Assembly: GCA_035529455.1 (NCBI GenBank) | Contig: DATKWQ010000063.1 | Location: 1,274 to 65,273 of the forward strand | Source: Thermoplasmata archaeon | Lineage (GTDB): Archaea > Thermoplasmatota > Thermoplasmata > UBA10834 | DNA: 64,000 bases | Reading direction: 5' to 3' | Shown: positions 16,342 through 25,757 of the stretch, one piece after another | How the letters are laid out: each line of letters opens with the position of its first letter | Position numbering within the stretch: the first letter of the stretch is position 1 | The notes under the pieces: model-generated | Told to the model about the DNA's origin: nothing | The model's database searches: none | Seen by the model: the letters and a program-made list of their open reading frames with translations, nothing else | Position numbers and translations under genes: made by a program

Positions 16342-17553
16342 TCAGAGCTTCGTGGCGATGTCCTCCACCGCCTGTGAGAAGGTGTCGGCCTCCGCGACAC
16401 TGTTATAGAGATACACTGACGCGCGCACGCATCCGTCCATATGACGGGACTGGAACAGCGAGTGACAGCACAGCATACCCGAGCGCAACATGATGTCGCG
16501 TGAGTGGTCCAGGATGATGGCCACATCGTGATGCGCCACATCACCCACGTTGAATGCCAGTATCCCTCCTCTCAGGTTTGGATCGAGCGGTTCCAGGATT
16601 CGCACGCGTGGGTGATTCATCAGCCTATGGGTCATGCGCTTGTTGAGCGTGATTTCGTGCTCTCTGATGTCGTCCAAGCCAACTCTGTCGAGGTACTCCA
16701 AGGCGGCCCCCACACCTATGATACCAGAGTAGTTCTGCAGGCCCGCCTCGAACCGCTCGGGCGGTGGCAGCAGCTCATAGGAGTCCAGGGTCGTGCCCGT
16801 GACACCGTGACCACCATAACAGAGCGGTCTCAAGTCACTCGCTGACCCGCTTGAGGCAAACATGATACCCACGCCAGAGGGGCCGAGCATCTTATGAGCA
16901 GACATGACGGCGTAGTCGACGCCCATGTCCTCGAGGTGAAGGCGCCTGCTTGGAGCTGCCTGGGCCGCGTCGAACAACACCTTGGCCCCGTTGGCATGGG
17001 CGATGTCCACGACCTCCCTCGCTGGGAGGGTATACCCCGTCACGTTGGATGTGAGGCACATCGCCACTAGCTTGACCTTGCTGTTCATCATCTCCTCGAA
17101 TGCCTCGAGGTCAAAGGTGCCATCGGGCAAGGATGGTGCGATCTTCCTACCTACGCCGCGCTCCTCTGCCAGACGTAACAGCGGGACATGAACGGAATTG
17201 TGCTCGTAGTCGGTTGTGATGACCTCGTCCCCACGGCCGAGCCCCGATCCGAATATGACTGTGTTCAGCCCCTCCGTGGCGTTCTTGAGGAATGCCATCT
17301 CTGACGGCTCTCCCGCCCCGAAGAAGTCCGCAGCCCTGGCCCGGACATCGTCACATCTGACTGACACCTCGGTGGCGAGCCTGTGCGCACTCCTGCCAGC
17401 GCATGCGGGAAAGGTCTCGTAATACTCCGCCATCGCCTCAAGGACGGTATTCGGACGGAGGGTCTGGCACGCGCTGTCGAAATAGACGGGCGGTCTGACG
17501 CCTTCCCGCTCCGCAAGCAGCGGGAAGTCCTCTCTCAGCTTCTCGGCGTCCAT
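16342..17553 (-). CDS. class V aminotransferase-fold cysteine desulfurase (SufS/CsdA-like)
   Basis: PLP-lysine motif SAHKMLGPSGVG. C-terminal active-site loop RSGMLCCHS. Family-typical length of 403 aa. Confidence 0.75.
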   Translation of the reverse strand: MDAEKLREDFPLLAEREGVRPPVYFDSACQTLRPNTVLEAMAEYYETFPACAGRSAHRLATEVSVRCDDVRARAADFFGAGEPSEMAFLKNATEGLNTVIFGSGLGRGDEVITTDYEHNSVHVPLLRLAEERGVGRKIAPSLPDGTFDLEAFEEMMNSKVKLVAMCLTSNVTGYTLPAREVVDIAHANGAKVLFDAAQAAPSRRLHLEDMGVDYAVMSAHKMLGPSGVGIMFASSGSASDLRPLCYGGHGVTGTTLDSYELLPPPERFEAGLQNYSGIIGVGAALEYLDRVGLDDIREHEITLNKRMTHRLMNHPRVRILEPLDPNLRGGILAFNVGDVAHHDVAIILDHSRDIMLRSGMLCCHSLFQSRHMDGCVRASVYLYNSVAEADTFSQAVEDIATKL

Positions 17554-17684
17554 GGATCAGGCAGCCATATCAATTGGCCGTATTTCTCACTTTTCGAAGA
17601 GTTGCGTCGGAGGTGGTCCACCGCCACCACCGTACTGGCCATCCCGCAAACCTTAAAACGCCCCCAAGCATCACCTGAATCGAC

Positions 17685-18899
17685 ATGTCTGCAAGACCCG
17701 CGAAGAGGATATACTTCGACCATAGCGCAACGACGCCGATGCTGCCTGAGGTCGTCGAGGCGATGCGCCCGTATTTCATCGAACGGTGCGGCAACGCATC
17801 TAGCATCCACTCATACGGCAGAGAGGCGAAAAAGGCCATCGAATCGGCAAGGGAGAGCGTGGCGAGACTGATCAACGCAGACCCGTCTGAGGTCATCTTC
17901 ACATCCGGCGGGACCGAGTCCGACAACCTCGCGATAAAGGGAACGGCGATGTACAAAGGCCGGTCCAGAGGCCATGTCATTACCAGTAGTATGGAGCATC
18001 CTGCAATCCTCGAGCCCTGCGCGTTCCTGAAGAGAGTCGGGTTTGAGGTCACGGAGTTGCCGATTACGCCGGACGGCTTCGTCGACCCGGGGACGGTTGA
18101 GGCGGCGGTCAGGGAAGACACGGTCCTGATAAGCATCATGATGGCCAACAGCGAGATCGGGACGATACAGCCAATAAAGGAGATAGGCGCCATCGCCCGT
18201 TCGGGAGACATACTATTCCATACAGATGCGGTCCAGGCGGTCGGCAAGATACCGGTGGACGTCAAGCGGGAAAACTTGGACATGCTCTCGCTCTCCTCGC
18301 ACAAGTTCCATGGCCCGAAAGGGCTGGGCGCACTGTACGTGAGACAGGGTGTCAAGATAGAGCCGATCATCCAGGGAGGCGGGCATGAGAGGGGGTTGAG
18401 GTCATCCACAGAGAACGTCCCAGGGATCGTCGGCCTCGGCAAGGCTTCCGAGATAGCCATGGCGGACATGCAGAAGTCCGCGGACCTCATGAGTGGGCTC
18501 AGGGACAGGATGGTCGAAGCGGTGCTGAGCACGGTCCCAGACTCGTATCTGAACGGCCATCCGACGAAGAGGCTGGCAGGCAACGCCCACTTCAGGTTTG
18601 ATTTCATAGAGGGAGAGGGGCTGGTGCTCGGCCTCGATATGCTCGGCATCGCCGCTTCGACGGGGTCAGCGTGTTCGACGGGGTCGCTCGAACCGTCCCA
18701 TGTGCTGCTGGCCATGGGGCTTAGGCACGAGCAGGCCCACGGCAGCTTGAGAATCACCCTAGGTCGGGAAAACAATCAAGAACAGGTTAGCTATTTCCTA
18801 GATGTGCTTCCCGGAGTGGTCTCGAGGCTCAGGGAGATCTCTCCTTTCAGCACCAAGAGGCCCGTGCAGGGCAGCGACGGTGAGAGTTGTGTACAGTGA
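17685..18899 (+). CDS. iscS: cysteine desulfurase IscS/NifS
   Basis: PLP-lysine SSHKFHGPKGLGALY. Catalytic Cys loop STGSACSTGS. C-terminal LRITLGRENN. Confidence 0.9.
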   Translation: MSARPAKRIYFDHSATTPMLPEVVEAMRPYFIERCGNASSIHSYGREAKKAIESARESVARLINADPSEVIFTSGGTESDNLAIKGTAMYKGRSRGHVITSSMEHPAILEPCAFLKRVGFEVTELPITPDGFVDPGTVEAAVREDTVLISIMMANSEIGTIQPIKEIGAIARSGDILFHTDAVQAVGKIPVDVKRENLDMLSLSSHKFHGPKGLGALYVRQGVKIEPIIQGGGHERGLRSSTENVPGIVGLGKASEIAMADMQKSADLMSGLRDRMVEAVLSTVPDSYLNGHPTKRLAGNAHFRFDFIEGEGLVLGLDMLGIAASTGSACSTGSLEPSHVLLAMGLRHEQAHGSLRITLGRENNQEQVSYFLDVLPGVVSRLREISPFSTKRPVQGSDGESCVQ

Positions 18900-19260
18900 C
18901 AAGGTGATGGATCACTTCACGAACCCTAGGAACGTGGGGGAGATCCCGGACGCCGATGGCATCGGCAAGGTGGGGAATCCACAGTGTGGAGACGTCATGT
19001 GGCTGTACATCAAGGTGAAGGACAACATCATAACGGACATCAAATTCAAGACTTTCGGATGCGGAGCCGCAATCGCCACAAGCTCAATGATAACCGAACT
19101 CGCCCGGGGTAAGACGCTCGAGGAAGCGAAGAAGATATCCAGAGGTGACGTGGCAGAGGCGTTGGACGGCCTCCCACCGGTGAAGATGCACTGTTCGAAC
19201 CTCGCGGCGGATGCCCTGATCGAGGCGATAAAGGATTACGAGGCCAAGCACAAGGCTTGA
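18889..19260 (+). CDS. iscU: Fe-S cluster scaffold IscU/NifU-like
   Basis: VYSDKVMDHFTNPRN N-terminus. Three ligand Cys (GNPQCGDVM, FKTFGCGAAIA, MHCSNLA). The GTG start overlaps the iscS stop. An alternative ATG lies at 18907. Confidence 0.85.
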   Translation: MYSDKVMDHFTNPRNVGEIPDADGIGKVGNPQCGDVMWLYIKVKDNIITDIKFKTFGCGAAIATSSMITELARGKTLEEAKKISRGDVAEALDGLPPVKMHCSNLAADALIEAIKDYEAKHKA

Positions 19261-19326
19261 AGGGCGCTTCCGGCCTCGGCCCAAGAAAAGTTATAGTAGG
19301 CGCAGGCCCAATCAAGCTCGGGGCAA

Positions 19327-20244
19327 ATGACCGGTTTGGAAGTGGACATTGTCGGATTGCGCCTTCGTAATCCAACGATGCTCGCCTCAGGGATTTTAAA
19401 CGAGACAGGCAAGAGCATGCTCGAGGTGGCCAAGGCGGGAGCGGGCGCCATAGTGACCAAGTCCCTGGGAATTGCAGAGAGGGCCGGCCATGCGAACCCA
19501 TGCATAGCGGAGATAGACTGTGGTCTTCTCAACGCGATGGGGCTGCCGAACCCTGGCGTGAAGGAATATGTCAGTGAGATCGAGGTGGCTAAGACGGGCG
19601 GTGTGCCGGTCATCGGCAGCGTGTTCGGCGGCAATGCCAAAGAGATCGCCGATGTCGCAATCACCCTGGCCGCCGCCGGAGTGGACGCGATCGAGCTGAA
19701 TCTGAGTTGCCCTCATGCGAAGGGATACGGCACAGAGATCGGATCGACCCCGGAAATGGTTAGGGCGGTCTGTGACGAGGTCAAGTCAAGGGTGAATACT
19801 CCTGTGTTCGCGAAGCTGACGCCCAACACTTCGTCCATCGCCTCGCTGGCCGTCGCGGCCGAGGAAGGGGGCGCGGACGGCATAGTAGCGATCAACACGC
19901 TGAAAGGCATGACGATATGTCCTGAGCTGAAGATGCCGGTGCTCTCCAACCGAGTAGGTGGGCTGTCAGGACCGGCCATCAGGAGCGTGGGCGTCAGATG
20001 TGTCTTCGAGATCTATGAGGCTGTGGACATCCCCATCATCGGCGTTGGAGGTGTGTCGACCGCAAGGGACGCCCTGGAGTACTTGATGGCGGGTGCCCAA
20101 GCCGTCCAGATAGGCACGGCCGTACGATCGCAAGGCACAGCAGTGTTCGCCGCTGTCTGCGCTGGATTGTCCGATTTCATGAGCGAGAACGGCTACAGAA
20201 CCGTCTTGGACATGGTGGGGGTCGCACACAATGGCGGCGCATAA
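19327..20244 (+). CDS. pyrD: dihydroorotate dehydrogenase, class 1B catalytic subunit
   Basis: Motifs NAMGLPNPGVKEY, ELNLSCPHAKGYG and IIGVGGVSTARDALEYLMAGA. Confidence 0.9.
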   Translation: MTGLEVDIVGLRLRNPTMLASGILNETGKSMLEVAKAGAGAIVTKSLGIAERAGHANPCIAEIDCGLLNAMGLPNPGVKEYVSEIEVAKTGGVPVIGSVFGGNAKEIADVAITLAAAGVDAIELNLSCPHAKGYGTEIGSTPEMVRAVCDEVKSRVNTPVFAKLTPNTSSIASLAVAAEEGGADGIVAINTLKGMTICPELKMPVLSNRVGGLSGPAIRSVGVRCVFEIYEAVDIPIIGVGGVSTARDALEYLMAGAQAVQIGTAVRSQGTAVFAAVCAGLSDFMSENGYRTVLDMVGVAHNGGA

Positions 20245-21013
20245 GATATTCACGATCACCGAGCAGAAGGATGAGGCGACGGACTGCAAGACCGTCCGAT
20301 TCGATGGCGACATGGATGCACAGCCAGGGCAGTTCGTGATGGTCTGGGTTCCTGGAGTCGATGAGTTCCCGATGTCCGTCTCGTACGTCGGCGACAACTT
20401 CGGTGTGACATACAGGGTCATAGGGGACGGGACTCGCTCGCTGTCCGCGATGAATCCAGGGGCCAAGATCGGCATACGCGGACCATACGGACGAGGATTC
20501 GAGATAACCGGCAAGCGGATGCTCGCTGTCGCGGGAGGCACTGGCATGGCCTCGATAGCGCCGTTGGTCGAGAAGGCTGTCAACAGTGGCGTCGAGGTGG
20601 ACCTGGTCATAGGTGCAAAGACGGCCTCCGAGCTCATGATGAGAGGACGATGCGAGGAAGCGGGGGCCAAAGTCCACATCTCGACAGATGACGGAAGCGA
20701 AGGGGCGAAGGGACTTGCGACGGACATAGCCGCAGATATAATTCAGGGAGGAGCGTTCGACAGCGTCTGCGCGTGCGGACCCGAGAGGATGGCCGTCGGC
20801 ATACTTCACCTGACCAAGAAGCACGGGCTCCCGCTCCAGGCGTCTCTTGAGAGGCACATGAAGTGCGGGATAGGCATATGCGACTCCTGTGCGATAGACG
20901 GCAGACATGTCTGCGTCGATGGCCCGGTGTTCTCAGGTGAAATCCTCGCCTCTCTGACAGACCTTGGGCGGACGCGTTTGAACCCCTCCGGAAGAAGAGT
21001 GCCTTTGGACTGA
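20231..21013 (+). CDS. pyrK: dihydroorotate dehydrogenase electron-transfer subunit
   Basis: FNR-like fold with a C-terminal 2Fe-2S Cys cluster MKCGIGICDSCAIDGRHVCVDGP. Overlaps pyrD by 14 nt. Confidence 0.85.
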   Translation: MAAHKIFTITEQKDEATDCKTVRFDGDMDAQPGQFVMVWVPGVDEFPMSVSYVGDNFGVTYRVIGDGTRSLSAMNPGAKIGIRGPYGRGFEITGKRMLAVAGGTGMASIAPLVEKAVNSGVEVDLVIGAKTASELMMRGRCEEAGAKVHISTDDGSEGAKGLATDIAADIIQGGAFDSVCACGPERMAVGILHLTKKHGLPLQASLERHMKCGIGICDSCAIDGRHVCVDGPVFSGEILASLTDLGRTRLNPSGRRVPLD

Positions 21014-21030
21014 GGCGCCGCTTGCGACCG

Positions 21031-22212
21031 TCATTCTTTGCAGCCGCGCCCATCCTTGCCATCGGATAGGGTCTTGTCGACTATGTCCCAGAACTCGTCG
21101 TCGGAGACCCTGCCCTGTCGTTCGCCAATCCGCTTGATCTCGCGGACGATGTCACATATCTGCTCCTGCGAGGCGGATACGCCGCGGTCTGCCAACCTGT
21201 TCAGGACTATCGCGGTTCCCGAGTGCTTCCCAAGGACGAGGCGGCGGCGATTGCCGACGGTCTCCGGGGCCACGCACTCGTACGTCATCGGGCAGTTGAG
21301 AACGGCAGCGACATGGATGCCCGATTCATGCGAGAAGGCGTTCGGGCCGACCCAGGGCTGGTTCGCCGGCATCCTTATTCCAGCCGAGTCGAACACCATC
21401 TCGCCAAGTTCCGTCAGCCCCTCCATCGATATGCCGATGTCCCTGTTGTAAAGATTCTTGAGGGCCATGGCCAATTGCTCCAAGGACACGTTCCCCGCCC
21501 TCTCACCGATCCCACCGACGGTGGTAGCGACCGCCTCGGCCCCTGACGACAGAGCGGCTATCGCGTTTGCCAAAGCAAGTCCGAAATCGTTGTGCAGGTG
21601 AGCGGAGATCGGTGCCGATGTGCCAGACCTAATGTCTCTGGTAAGATAAGCGACCCCCTCAGGGGAGGCGCAGCCGAGTGTGTCGGTAATCCCGATCCTG
21701 ATCGCCCCTGCTGCCTCGCACTGCCTATAGACTTCCAGCATGAAGCCGAGCTCGGAGCGCGTGCTGTCCTCTGTGCTCATGCTGACTCTGAGGCCATGCG
21801 CCGCGGCGTACTCGGTCGCGTGCACGGCCTTCTCCAGGACTTCCTCTTTGGTCAACTTCAATTTGTAGCGAAGATGAAGCTCGCTGGTCGCTATGAAAAG
21901 CAGTACCATGTCGACATCGCATCTGGCGGCTATATCGATGTCGCCCTCCATCGCGCGTGCGAGGCATAGCACCTCAGCGTCCAACTCGAGCGATGCGACC
22001 GCCTTCACAGACTCAGATTCGGACTGTGAAACGGCTGGGAAACCAGCCTCGATCTGATGTACGCCGACCTCGTCCAGTTTGCGCGCGATAGCGACCTTCT
22101 GATCCATGCTGAAATGCACGCCCGGCATCTGCTCTCCGTCTCTAAGCGTGCTGTCGTAGACGGTGATCTTCTCGGGCAGCCTTCGCTCCGTCAATGCATT
22201 GAACGGACTCAT
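21031..22212 (-). CDS. homocitrate / 2-isopropylmalate / citramalate synthase family enzyme (short form, no LeuA regulatory domain)
   Basis: TVYDSTLRDGEQMPGVHF and SAHLHNDFGLALANA (DRE-TIM metallolyase). The ORF is open to 22494, but that extension runs through the tRNA-Cys gene. ATG at 22212 is preferred, with 22260 as an alternative. Confidence 0.8.
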   Translation of the reverse strand: MSPFNALTERRLPEKITVYDSTLRDGEQMPGVHFSMDQKVAIARKLDEVGVHQIEAGFPAVSQSESESVKAVASLELDAEVLCLARAMEGDIDIAARCDVDMVLLFIATSELHLRYKLKLTKEEVLEKAVHATEYAAAHGLRVSMSTEDSTRSELGFMLEVYRQCEAAGAIRIGITDTLGCASPEGVAYLTRDIRSGTSAPISAHLHNDFGLALANAIAALSSGAEAVATTVGGIGERAGNVSLEQLAMALKNLYNRDIGISMEGLTELGEMVFDSAGIRMPANQPWVGPNAFSHESGIHVAAVLNCPMTYECVAPETVGNRRRLVLGKHSGTAIVLNRLADRGVSASQEQICDIVREIKRIGERQGRVSDDEFWDIVDKTLSDGKDGRGCKE

Positions 22213-22371
22213 CGGGTCGAGGTTCACGATGTGACCAATCTGCAGCGGAGTATATAGCATATTCTTGCCGCAGACCGCTCTCTGGCCAGCGCCTTCGCAG
22301 GCCCGATCGGCTGCCGACAGCCGCTCTGCTGAAAACAATAAATAGCGCATCCGTGATTGATGCGTGCACGT

Positions 22372-22442
22372 GCCGGGGTGACAGAGAGGCCATGTGGCGG
22401 ACTGCAGATCCGCAAACAGGAGTTCAAATCTCCTTCCCGGCC
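22372..22442 (+). tRNA. tRNA-Cys (anticodon GCA)
   Basis: Acceptor GCCGGGG/TCCCGGC (G7-U66 wobble), anticodon arm GCGGA-CTGCAGA-TCCGC, T arm AGGAG-TTCAAAT-CTCCT. Followed by C then CCA (22443-22445). Confidence 0.8.
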
Positions 22443-22552
22443 CCAGATTATCATTTTTGATTGAAAGCTTTATAGAGAGGTCTGTCGTTCGCACTCGCAG
22501 AGGGCATCTAATTCAACCCAGAGACCGACCCTCATAAACAATCGATTCCGGT

Positions 22553-22930
22553 GTGAACATGAAAACACCATGTGAACTAGTGGTTGGCAAAATCCTTCCA
22601 TCGCTGAGGGCATCGGTGGTGAAGGAACTCTCCAGGAAGCACGGAATGAAGCAGTCCGAGATTGCCAGGAAGTTGGAAATAACTCAGGCATCAGTGAGTC
22701 AGTACCTGAGCGCGACCCGGGCAGGGGACACCGGGTTGATAGAGCGGTTTCCTAAGATCCTGACCTACGCTGAGGAGATTTCCAATAGGATCATAGCAGG
22801 AGAGAGCAAGAGCCAGTGGTACAACATTCTGTGCACCGCGTGTGTGGACATTCGTGAGGACGACGAGTTCTGTAAGATGAACGGGATAGCTGTCGACGGC
22901 GGCAACTGCAACATCTGCGGCAAGCGCTGA
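22553..22930 (+). CDS. HTH transcriptional regulator with C-terminal Cys-rich domain
   Basis: HTH MKQSEIARKLEITQASVSQYLS. C-terminal LCTACVDIREDDEFCKMNGIAVDGGNCNICGKR (5 Cys). In-frame ATG at 22559. Confidence 0.65.
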   Translation: MNMKTPCELVVGKILPSLRASVVKELSRKHGMKQSEIARKLEITQASVSQYLSATRAGDTGLIERFPKILTYAEEISNRIIAGESKSQWYNILCTACVDIREDDEFCKMNGIAVDGGNCNICGKR

Positions 22931-23034
22931 CTGACGACCAGTATCAGAATTCTGCGAAATGGTTGGAAAGGTGACCGGCGTCACGAAGAACACCGATCAC
23001 CTGATTGTGTTTCAGGTTCGAGCGAGACGGCTGC

Positions 23035-23790
23035 CTACCTTCCGCCAGATGGCAGAAGCGTCATCTCGATCCAGGTCGATGCCGAGCTGGAGAACACATC
23101 TGTGAACTCCGTCGAGACATCGTCGACGCCCGTGATCGTCAGGTCCTGGGCTTCGGTGTTCGGGAACGGCACGTTGTCCGGAAGAGCTGCGTCCACCGTG
23201 AAGGTCAGTCTGTACATCCCCGCATGACAGTTCAGCGCCCTTGTGTCCCAGTTGTAGCCGTACAACAGCATCCCAAGCTGGTTGACCTCTGCAGAGTATG
23301 CATCGGTGAGACCATCGGCCCAAAGTCCCTCAGCCACGGTACCATCCCATACGTCCCTGACAACGGCCTTCGAGACAGGATCTATCTCCTGAATGGCGAA
23401 GTGGGCGCGTATAGTGTACACAGCCGCGCTGTGAACGAGGTCCCAAAGAATCACTTCGGTCCTTATCTTCGAACCGGCCTTGAACTGGTGCAAAACCAAG
23501 TCGTCTGACCAGTTGGCGACCGCGTCTACGGGCTCACCATAGGCCATCAGGTCCTTGCCAGTCGTCTCGTTCACGAACGGTCCCAGGTCAAAGAGCTCGC
23601 CTGTGGTGTATATACCAGATACGCCATCGACGACCTCGCCAAATGCGATGTTCTGGTTGAGCGCGAATCCCATCACATCCGGCTTGTCTTTCTGTTCGCC
23701 ATTCTGTCCCGCGATTACCGATACGGATAGCACGGAAAAGACCATCAAGGTCATAGCTACCGCCGACACACACATCTTTGTTGCTTTCAT
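23035..23790 (-). CDS. secreted hypothetical protein
   Basis: Signal-peptide-like N-terminus MKATKMCVSAVAMTLMVFSVLSVSVIAG. GGGGGAG lies just upstream of the ATG at 23790. Beta-rich body with no family recognised. Confidence 0.6.
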   Translation of the reverse strand: MKATKMCVSAVAMTLMVFSVLSVSVIAGQNGEQKDKPDVMGFALNQNIAFGEVVDGVSGIYTTGELFDLGPFVNETTGKDLMAYGEPVDAVANWSDDLVLHQFKAGSKIRTEVILWDLVHSAAVYTIRAHFAIQEIDPVSKAVVRDVWDGTVAEGLWADGLTDAYSAEVNQLGMLLYGYNWDTRALNCHAGMYRLTFTVDAALPDNVPFPNTEAQDLTITGVDDVSTEFTDVFSSSASTWIEMTLLPSGGR

Positions 23791-24032
23791 TTCTCCCCCT
23801 TTTCCTAGGCTCGACAGAGGCGTATGACTGTGTACTGACCGCCTATTCGAAGCCGTGGCCTGAGCATAACAAAGGGTTGTTAAATTAGAGTTTTGGTACG
23901 TTTTTAGAACTGGCGCAGACGACAACGCTCGGATTCATCGGAAGAAGCGTTGCGCGCCGAACCGCACCCTAGTAAGTCTCCGGCGACGATGACCATATGG
24001 AATCCTCAGAATCCACTTTTCAGCAACGAAGC

Positions 24033-24039
24033 TATATAA
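24033..24039 (+). promoter_or_regulatory. TATA-like box upstream of cysK
   Basis: The sequence tatataa lies about 35 nt upstream of the ATG at 24071. Confidence 0.35.
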
Positions 24040-24070
24040 CGACTTGTCATTGCACTGTCAAGGTCTAACC

Positions 24071-25009
24071 ATGAGCACGGACAGAACTACCTTCGACATC
24101 CTTGACGCCATAGGCAACACGCCAATTGTCCGCCTGAAGAGGATGGCCCCCGAAGGCGCGGCGGCTGTATACGCAAAGGTGGAGTCGCTCAATCCAATGG
24201 GTTCAATCAAAGACAGAATCGCCAAGGGCATGATCGAGGACGGTGAGAGACGCGGCCTGATCAAGGAGGAGGTGACACTCATAGAGCCGACCTCGGGCAA
24301 CACAGGCTTGGGGTTGGCAATGGTGTGTGCCGTCAAAGGTTACAGGTTGATACTCACGATGCCCGACACCATGAGCACTGAGAGAAGACATCTGCTGGAA
24401 GCGCTGGGGGCAGAGCTCATCATCACCAGAGGAGAACTTGGGATGAAAGGGGCGATCGACAAGGCAGAGGAGATCGCCAAGTCCACCCCGGGTTCGGTCA
24501 TGTTGCAGCAGTTCAAGAACCCAGCGAATCCGCAGACTCATGAACTCACAACGGCCATTGAGATCGTGAGCGAGTTCGAATCTCTGGACGCTTTCGTGGC
24601 TGGTGTTGGCACAGGTGGCACGATAACGGGCGTTGGAAGAGTCTTAAAGCGCGAGTTCCCGGGAATACGTATCGTCGCAGTGGAGCCGAAGGAGTCGGCA
24701 GTGCTCTCTGGAGGAGAGCCAGGTAGTCACCGCATTCAGGGGATTGGCGCAGGGTTCGTGCCGGACACTTTGGATGCGACCATCTACGAATCAGTCATCA
24801 AGGTAAGCTACGAGGAGGCCGCGGCCGCGACGCGGGCGCTGGCCAGGCAAGAAGGCATACTCGCAGGAATATCCTCAGGAGCGGCGACACACGCCGCGCT
24901 GAAGGTCGCCAAGGACCTCGGGCAGGGGAAGGCGGTTCTCGTCATCCTGCCAGACACTGGGGAAAGATATTTGAGCACTGACTTGTTTGAGGGCAAATCC
25001 CATGACTGA
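24071..25009 (+). CDS. cysK: cysteine synthase A (O-acetylserine sulfhydrylase)
   Basis: PLP-lysine [23 protein letters not shown] and [10 protein letters not shown]. Confidence 0.9.
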   Translation: MSTDRTTFDILDAIGNTPIVRLKRMAPEGAAAVYAKVESLNPMGSIKDRIAKGMIEDGERRGLIKEEVTLIEPTSGNTGLGLAMVCAVKGYRLILTMPDTMSTERRHLLEALGAELIITRGELGMKGAIDKAEEIAKSTPGSVMLQQFKNPANPQTHELTTAIEIVSEFESLDAFVAGVGTGGTITGVGRVLKREFPGIRIVAVEPKESAVLSGGEPGSHRIQGIGAGFVPDTLDATIYESVIKVSYEEAAAATRALARQEGILAGISSGAATHAALKVAKDLGQGKAVLVILPDTGERYLSTDLFEGKSHD

Positions 25010-25724
25010 GCCTCATAAGGACGATGTTCAGACGGTCATAGACCGTGACCCTGCTGTCAAGAGCAGAGCAGAGGCCGTGCTGTTCAGCCCTGGATTCCAC
25101 GCCATTCGATTCCACAGGGTGGCTCACAGACAGTACATTAAGCGGCGCTTCAAGACAGCGAGGGCGATCAACTACGCCTCGCGCGTACTGACAGGCGCTG
25201 ACATCCACCCAGGGGCGACCATAGGGGAGAATTTCTTCATCGACCATGCGACAGGCGTCGTGATAGGGGAGACCTCGGAGATCGGCAACAACGTGTCTGT
25301 CTACCAGGGTGTGACGCTCGGGGGAGTGAGCACCGAGAAGAAGAAGCGTCACCCGACCATAGGGAACAATGTCGTCGTCGGAGCGGGCGCCACGATACTC
25401 GGACCGATAACCATCGGGGACAACGTCCGTGTCGGTGCAGGCTCTGTCGTCGTGAAATCCGTGCCGCCGAACTCGACCGTGGTGGGAATCCCAGCGAAGA
25501 TAGTGAAACGTGTGGGAACCACGACGATTGACCTCCATCACGATGAGCTGCCTGACCCCGTGGTCAATGCCTTTGTGGACCTGTGCCACAGCCTCTCCGA
25601 GATGGAGTACAGGCTCGAGACGATCGAGGGCAAGCTCGGGATAGATGCGCCGAAGAGGATATCCCCGGCGAAACCGAGCGAGACATCCTCCGACATGAGC
25701 TGCCCGGCAAAGGAGAATCATTAA
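24987..25724 (+). CDS. cysE: serine O-acetyltransferase
   Basis: Hexapeptide-repeat beta-helix [41 protein letters not shown]. Overlaps cysK by 23 nt. Confidence 0.85.
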   Translation: MRANPMTEPHKDDVQTVIDRDPAVKSRAEAVLFSPGFHAIRFHRVAHRQYIKRRFKTARAINYASRVLTGADIHPGATIGENFFIDHATGVVIGETSEIGNNVSVYQGVTLGGVSTEKKKRHPTIGNNVVVGAGATILGPITIGDNVRVGAGSVVVKSVPPNSTVVGIPAKIVKRVGTTTIDLHHDELPDPVVNAFVDLCHSLSEMEYRLETIEGKLGIDAPKRISPAKPSETSSDMSCPAKENH

Positions 25725-25757
25725 TAGCATTTCGGGAGATAGGAGACTGGACCCGCG

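Noticed and set aside
17570-18775. 401-aa ORF on the minus strand
   Set aside because: It is entirely antisense to iscS, which carries unambiguous PLP-lysine and catalytic Cys motifs. The composition is low complexity (Ser/Pro/Ala-rich), typical of shadow frames in GC-rich DNA.
19966-20908. Two ORFs of about 250 aa on the minus strand
   Set aside because: They are antisense to pyrD and pyrK, which have clear motifs and an operon-type overlap.
22213-22494. N-terminal 94-codon extension of the homocitrate/IPM synthase-family ORF
   Set aside because: The extension reads straight through the tRNA-Cys gene on the opposite strand and contains no conserved sequence. The family homology starts just after the ATG at 22212.
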